From contig NIVC01001036.1 of assembly GCA_002269645.1 (NCBI GenBank), positions 1 through 64,000 of the forward strand: a stretch of 64,000 bases of DNA, in the 5' to 3' direction. Shown here one piece after another: positions 60,250 to 64,000 of this stretch; positions within the stretch are counted from its first letter, which is position 1, and the number at the start of each line of letters is the position of its first letter. The notes beneath the pieces were generated by a model. It ran no database searches. It was not told where the DNA came from and was given only the letters and a program-made list of their open reading frames with translations. Both the position numbers and the translations under genes were made by a program. The DNA is from Macrostomum lignano. Its lineage: Eukaryota.

Positions 60250-60888
60250 TCAGCTCACTCAGCTCCGCAACCATTAGGATCCGCTCACTCAGCTCCGCAA
60301 CCATTAGGATCCGCTCACTCAGCTCCGCAACCATTAGGATCTTCACAGATCTTCTCACTCAGCTCCGCAACCATTAGGATCCGCTCACTCAGCTCCGCAA
60401 CCATTAGGACCCACTCACTCAGCTCCGCAACCATTATGACCCACTCACTCAGCTCCGCAACCATTAGGACCCACTCACTCAGCTCCGCAACCATTATGAC
60501 CCACTCACTCAGCTCCGCAACCATTAGGACCCGCCTCACTCAGCTCCGCAACCATCAGAATCGCCTCACTCAGCTTCGCAACCATCAGAATCGCCTCACT
60601 CAGCTCAACAACCATCAGAATCGCCTCACTCAGCTCAACAACCATCAGAATCGCCTCACTCAGCTCAACAACCATCAGAATCGCCTCACTCAGCTCAACA
60701 ACCATCAGAATTGCCTCACTCAGCTCAACAACCATCAGAATTGCCTCACTCAGCTCCGCAACAATCAGAATCGCCTCACTCAGCTCAACAACCATCAGAA
60801 TTGCCTCACTCAGCTCCGCAACCATCAGAATCGCCTCACTCAGCTCAACAACCATCAGAATCGCCTCACTCAGCTCAACAACCATTGG
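60250..60888. repeat. 30-bp minisatellite CACTCAGCTCCGCAACCATTAGGATCCGCT with a unit switch near 60540
   Basis: About 21 units ending about 45 nt from the donor at 60934. Confidence 0.95.
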
Positions 60889-60934
60889 GACTTAACCACA
60901 ATAGAGACATAAAAACAAAGCACTGATAACTTAC

Positions 60935-61010
60935 CGGCTTGAAAAAGTAAAGACGCCACCAGACGCAGAAAGATCTCGTAGACAAGAAGTCACAATGTTA
61001 GAATTGTAAA
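60935..61010 (-). CDS. Candidate upstream exon of the pseudokinase gene: N-terminal half of a degenerate SH3
   Basis: TCGACAG|TT TAC AAT...AGC CG|GTAAGT; 76 nt, phase 1/2; the only stop-free frame. YNSNIVTSCLRDLSASGGVFTFSSR aligns with Abl-type VALYDFVASGDNTLSITKG. Confidence 0.6.
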
Positions 61011-62019
61011 CTGTCGAAGCAGATTATTTTTAATAATCTTTTTCCTTCCCGCAGTTCTTACTCTGCTTTCTGGACGCTTAAAGGTGTAGCCTCTATAGAG
61101 AGAGAGATAGGGTGGAGAAGGACTGAATAGGTGAGAGTGGCTGTTGGGCGGAAAGGCAGCTTGAGCGAAGCAAAACTCAAATCTATGAGCCCCTTTAGTA
61201 TGTGTGTGTGTGTGTGGGCCCGCCTCTATTCAGGTCTGGATTGTTCTGCCGTCGGCAAGTCCACAGAGAGAATGACAGAATTAGCTACTATTTATGAACT
61301 ACTGCCAGAGTATTCAGCAGCTTACGGGTGCGCTGAGTGAGAGTTTTACAGAATTTGCCAACGCTTTTCTGGTTAGCGAGCGCTTCTTCTCTTCAACCTC
61401 CCCCCCGCTCTTATGATTGGACTCGGCCTGGAAGGCCAACCAAGCGAACCAGCGGAGTCCCGGTTCATGGGCTATTATAGACTGAATCTGGACAACTTTT
61501 GGCCACGGAAGGTGGACTTTCTGGTAGATCTAGCCCCCTCCCCTCGATGGTGCCCCCCCTGATGGAGCCCTTGAGCTTGCTTCATCACAACTTGCACACA
61601 ATCTAGCGTTGTAAATCTGGAAAATTTCATATACAGGCACTTTATAGAAATAGCTCCAGTCCAGACTTATAAGTTTGAGTAGTCCCTGGCCGTCTGTCAG
61701 CCACACCGACACCCAGATAGAACGAACTCGCTGGCGCAGTACCAATGACAGCATTGAATGTAAAAACAAATTCTTTTAGTTGTCTCTTGTCTCTTGTTTA
61801 TTCATTCAAACTAATTTATTATCTGAAAGTAGCTTTCACTTCTGCGGGGCCTCAAAGGCTCAGACACAATGGCAGGTAAGAAGACCTTGTAGTCAGTTTC
61901 CGCTCCAGTGGGTTAGCAGGATAAATTTTTGCGAGAATGTGCAACTAAAGTCATTTATATTGTTTGAGAATCCAGCCAGTATGCCTTTGACGACCTACCG
62001 GGTGTTTCGTGAGAACTTC

Positions 62020-63050
62020 GGCCAGGGGGTATCTTTCCGAGAATCTATGGGTATTGTAATAATAATCTAGGCCAGGGGGGATCTTTTCGAGAATCTATGG
62101 GTATTGTAATAAGAATCTAGGCCAGGGGGGATCTTTTCGAGAATCTATGGGTATTGTAATAATAATCTAGGCCGGGAGTATCTTTTCGAGAATCTATGGG
62201 TATTGTAATAATAATCTAGGCCAGGGGGGTATCTTTTCGAGAATCTATGGGTATTGTAATAATAATCTAGGCCGGGAGTATCTTTTCGAGAATCTATGGG
62301 TATTGTAATAATAATCTAGGCCAGGGGGTATCTTTTCGAGAATCTATGGGTATTGTAATAATAATCTAGGCTAGGGGTATCTTTTCGAGAATCTATGGGT
62401 ATTGTAACAAGAATCTAGGCCAGGGGGTATCTTTTCGAGAATCTATGGGTATTGTAATAAGAATCTAGGCCAGGGGGGATCTTTTCGAGAATCTATGGGT
62501 ATTGTAATAATAATCTAGGCTAGGGGGTATCTTTTCGAGAATCTATGGGTATTGTAATAATAATCTAGGCTAGGGGGTATCTTTTCGAGAATCTATGGGT
62601 ATTGTAATAATAATCTAGGCCAGGGGGTATCTTTTCCAGAATCTATGGGTATTGTAATAATAATCTAGGCCAGGGGGGATCTTTTCGAGAATCTATGGGT
62701 ATTGTAATAATAATCTAGGCCAGGGGGTATCTTTTCGAGAATCTATGGGTATTGTAATAATAATCTAGGCCAGGGGGGATCTTTTCGAGAATCTATGGGT
62801 ATTGTAATAATAATCTAGGCCAGGGGGTATCTTTTCGAGAATCTATGGGTATTGTAATAATAATCTAGGCTAGGGGGTATCTTTTCGAGAATCTATGGGT
62901 ATTGTAATAATAATCTAGGCTAGGGGGGTATCTTTTCGAGAATCTATAGGTATTGTAATAATAATCTAGGCTAGGGGGTATCTTTTCGAGAATCTATGGG
63001 TATTGTAATAAAAATCTAGGCCAGAGGGTATCTTTTCGAGAATCTATGGG
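62020..63050. repeat. 50-bp minisatellite TCTAGGCCAGGGGGTATCTTTTCGAGAATCTATGGGTATTGTAATAATAA
   Basis: About 20 units, no spacers. Confidence 0.97.
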
Positions 63051-63159
63051 TGTTTTGATGAGATCGATCGATATTTTCAAATATAGGTTATGGTAGGCAA
63101 AGTTTCTTAAATAATTTTAGCGAATTATCATGTCTCACTCTACCCTGGGTATTCTAACG

Positions 63160-63545
63160 AGTCAGGGAGGGTATTCTCCTAGGTCAGGGAGGGTATTCTA
63201 CTGGGTCAGGGAGGGTATTCTCCTGGGTCAGGGAGGGTATTCTACTGGGTCAGGGAGGGTATTCTCCTGGGTCAGGGAGGGTATTCTACTGGGTCAGGGA
63301 GGGTATTCTCCTGGGTCAGGGAGGGTATTCTCCTGGGTCAGGGAGGGTATTCTACTGGGTCAGGGAGGATATTCTCCTGGGTCAGGGAGGGTATTCTCCT
63401 GTGTCAGGGAGGGTATTCTACTGGGTCAGGGAGGGTATTCTCCTGTGTCAGGGAGGGTATTCTCCTGTGTCAGGGAGGGTATTCTACTGGGTCAGGGAGG
63501 GTATTCTCCTGGGTCAGGGAGGGTATTCTCCTGGGTCAGGGTCAG
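63160..63545. repeat. 22-bp minisatellite CTGGGTCAGGGAGGGTATTCT(A/C)
   Basis: About 17 units. Confidence 0.96.
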
Positions 63546-64000
63546 TAATTTTCATGAAACAGCTGGTTAAAAACAAACAGGTACAAAGCAACAACAAATA
63601 ACGGCATTAAGATTGCTAGTGTCTTGATCAAAATGAAATCGTGCAAAGGAAATTAATATAAGCTTATAGTTTTGTATATATTTATTTGAAAAAAAGTTTT
63701 TTTGGATAAACAAATAGCAGAAAGAAACAGAAGTAAAAAAGCAGATGAATCAACGCACTGAAGCAATCGCATAAGAAATTAACAATCAACAGTTGTAGCG
63801 CGAGTGAATGGGACAAGTTTTGAGGGAATTAAAGGGGATAACCGTATCGAAAATACCGGCTGAGTTCAAGTTCGCCAAACAAAGTTAATCGAATTCGCCA
63901 AACAAACACAAAATTTGGTTTGAATTTGCACTGTAAAGTAATGCAGTCTCAGTTCTATCTCTGGGATAAGAAAAGGAAAAGTAAAAAACTCAAATGATCA

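Noticed and set aside
26480-63050. 44-, 50- and 56-bp repeat arrays (30038, 62020, 26480) as CRISPR-like arrays
   Set aside because: Units are head-to-tail without unique spacers, there are no cas genes, and the context is eukaryotic and intronic.

Overview
Eukaryotic, intron-rich animal DNA. GC-rich exons with Ala/Gln/Gly runs sit in introns filled with unrelated minisatellites; this style suggests a flatworm such as Macrostomum (inference only). Most ORFs in the supplied track are artefacts of about 40 tandem arrays. Manual splice reconstruction with consistent intron phases supports five genes. (1) The last exon of a sphingosine-1-phosphate lyase (742-858, +). (2) A single-exon secreted, probably GPI-anchored protein with two Cys-rich internal repeats (15758-16713, +). 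(3) A 4-exon orphan class A GPCR resembling GPR153/GPR162 (24256-31297, -). (4) A 12-exon troponin T with an 18-nt microexon (33373-39429, +). (5) A gene of at least 10 exons (41076-61010, -) encoding a degenerate SH3, an SH2 with intact FLVR, a tyrosine-kinase-fold pseudokinase and a long tail with a coiled coil. Genes 2 and 3 each need one extra G in a GGG run to restore the frame, most likely an assembly error. Mobile DNA comprises two tRNA-derived SINE families (one CORE-like), hAT-like MITE ends and a LINE fragment. The most interesting candidates are the SH3-SH2-pseudokinase and minisatellites whose units are perfect transcription-factor motifs: a MEF2 array about 3 kb upstream of troponin T, plus ETS and E-box arrays. 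No CRISPR, rRNA or intact tRNA gene is supported.
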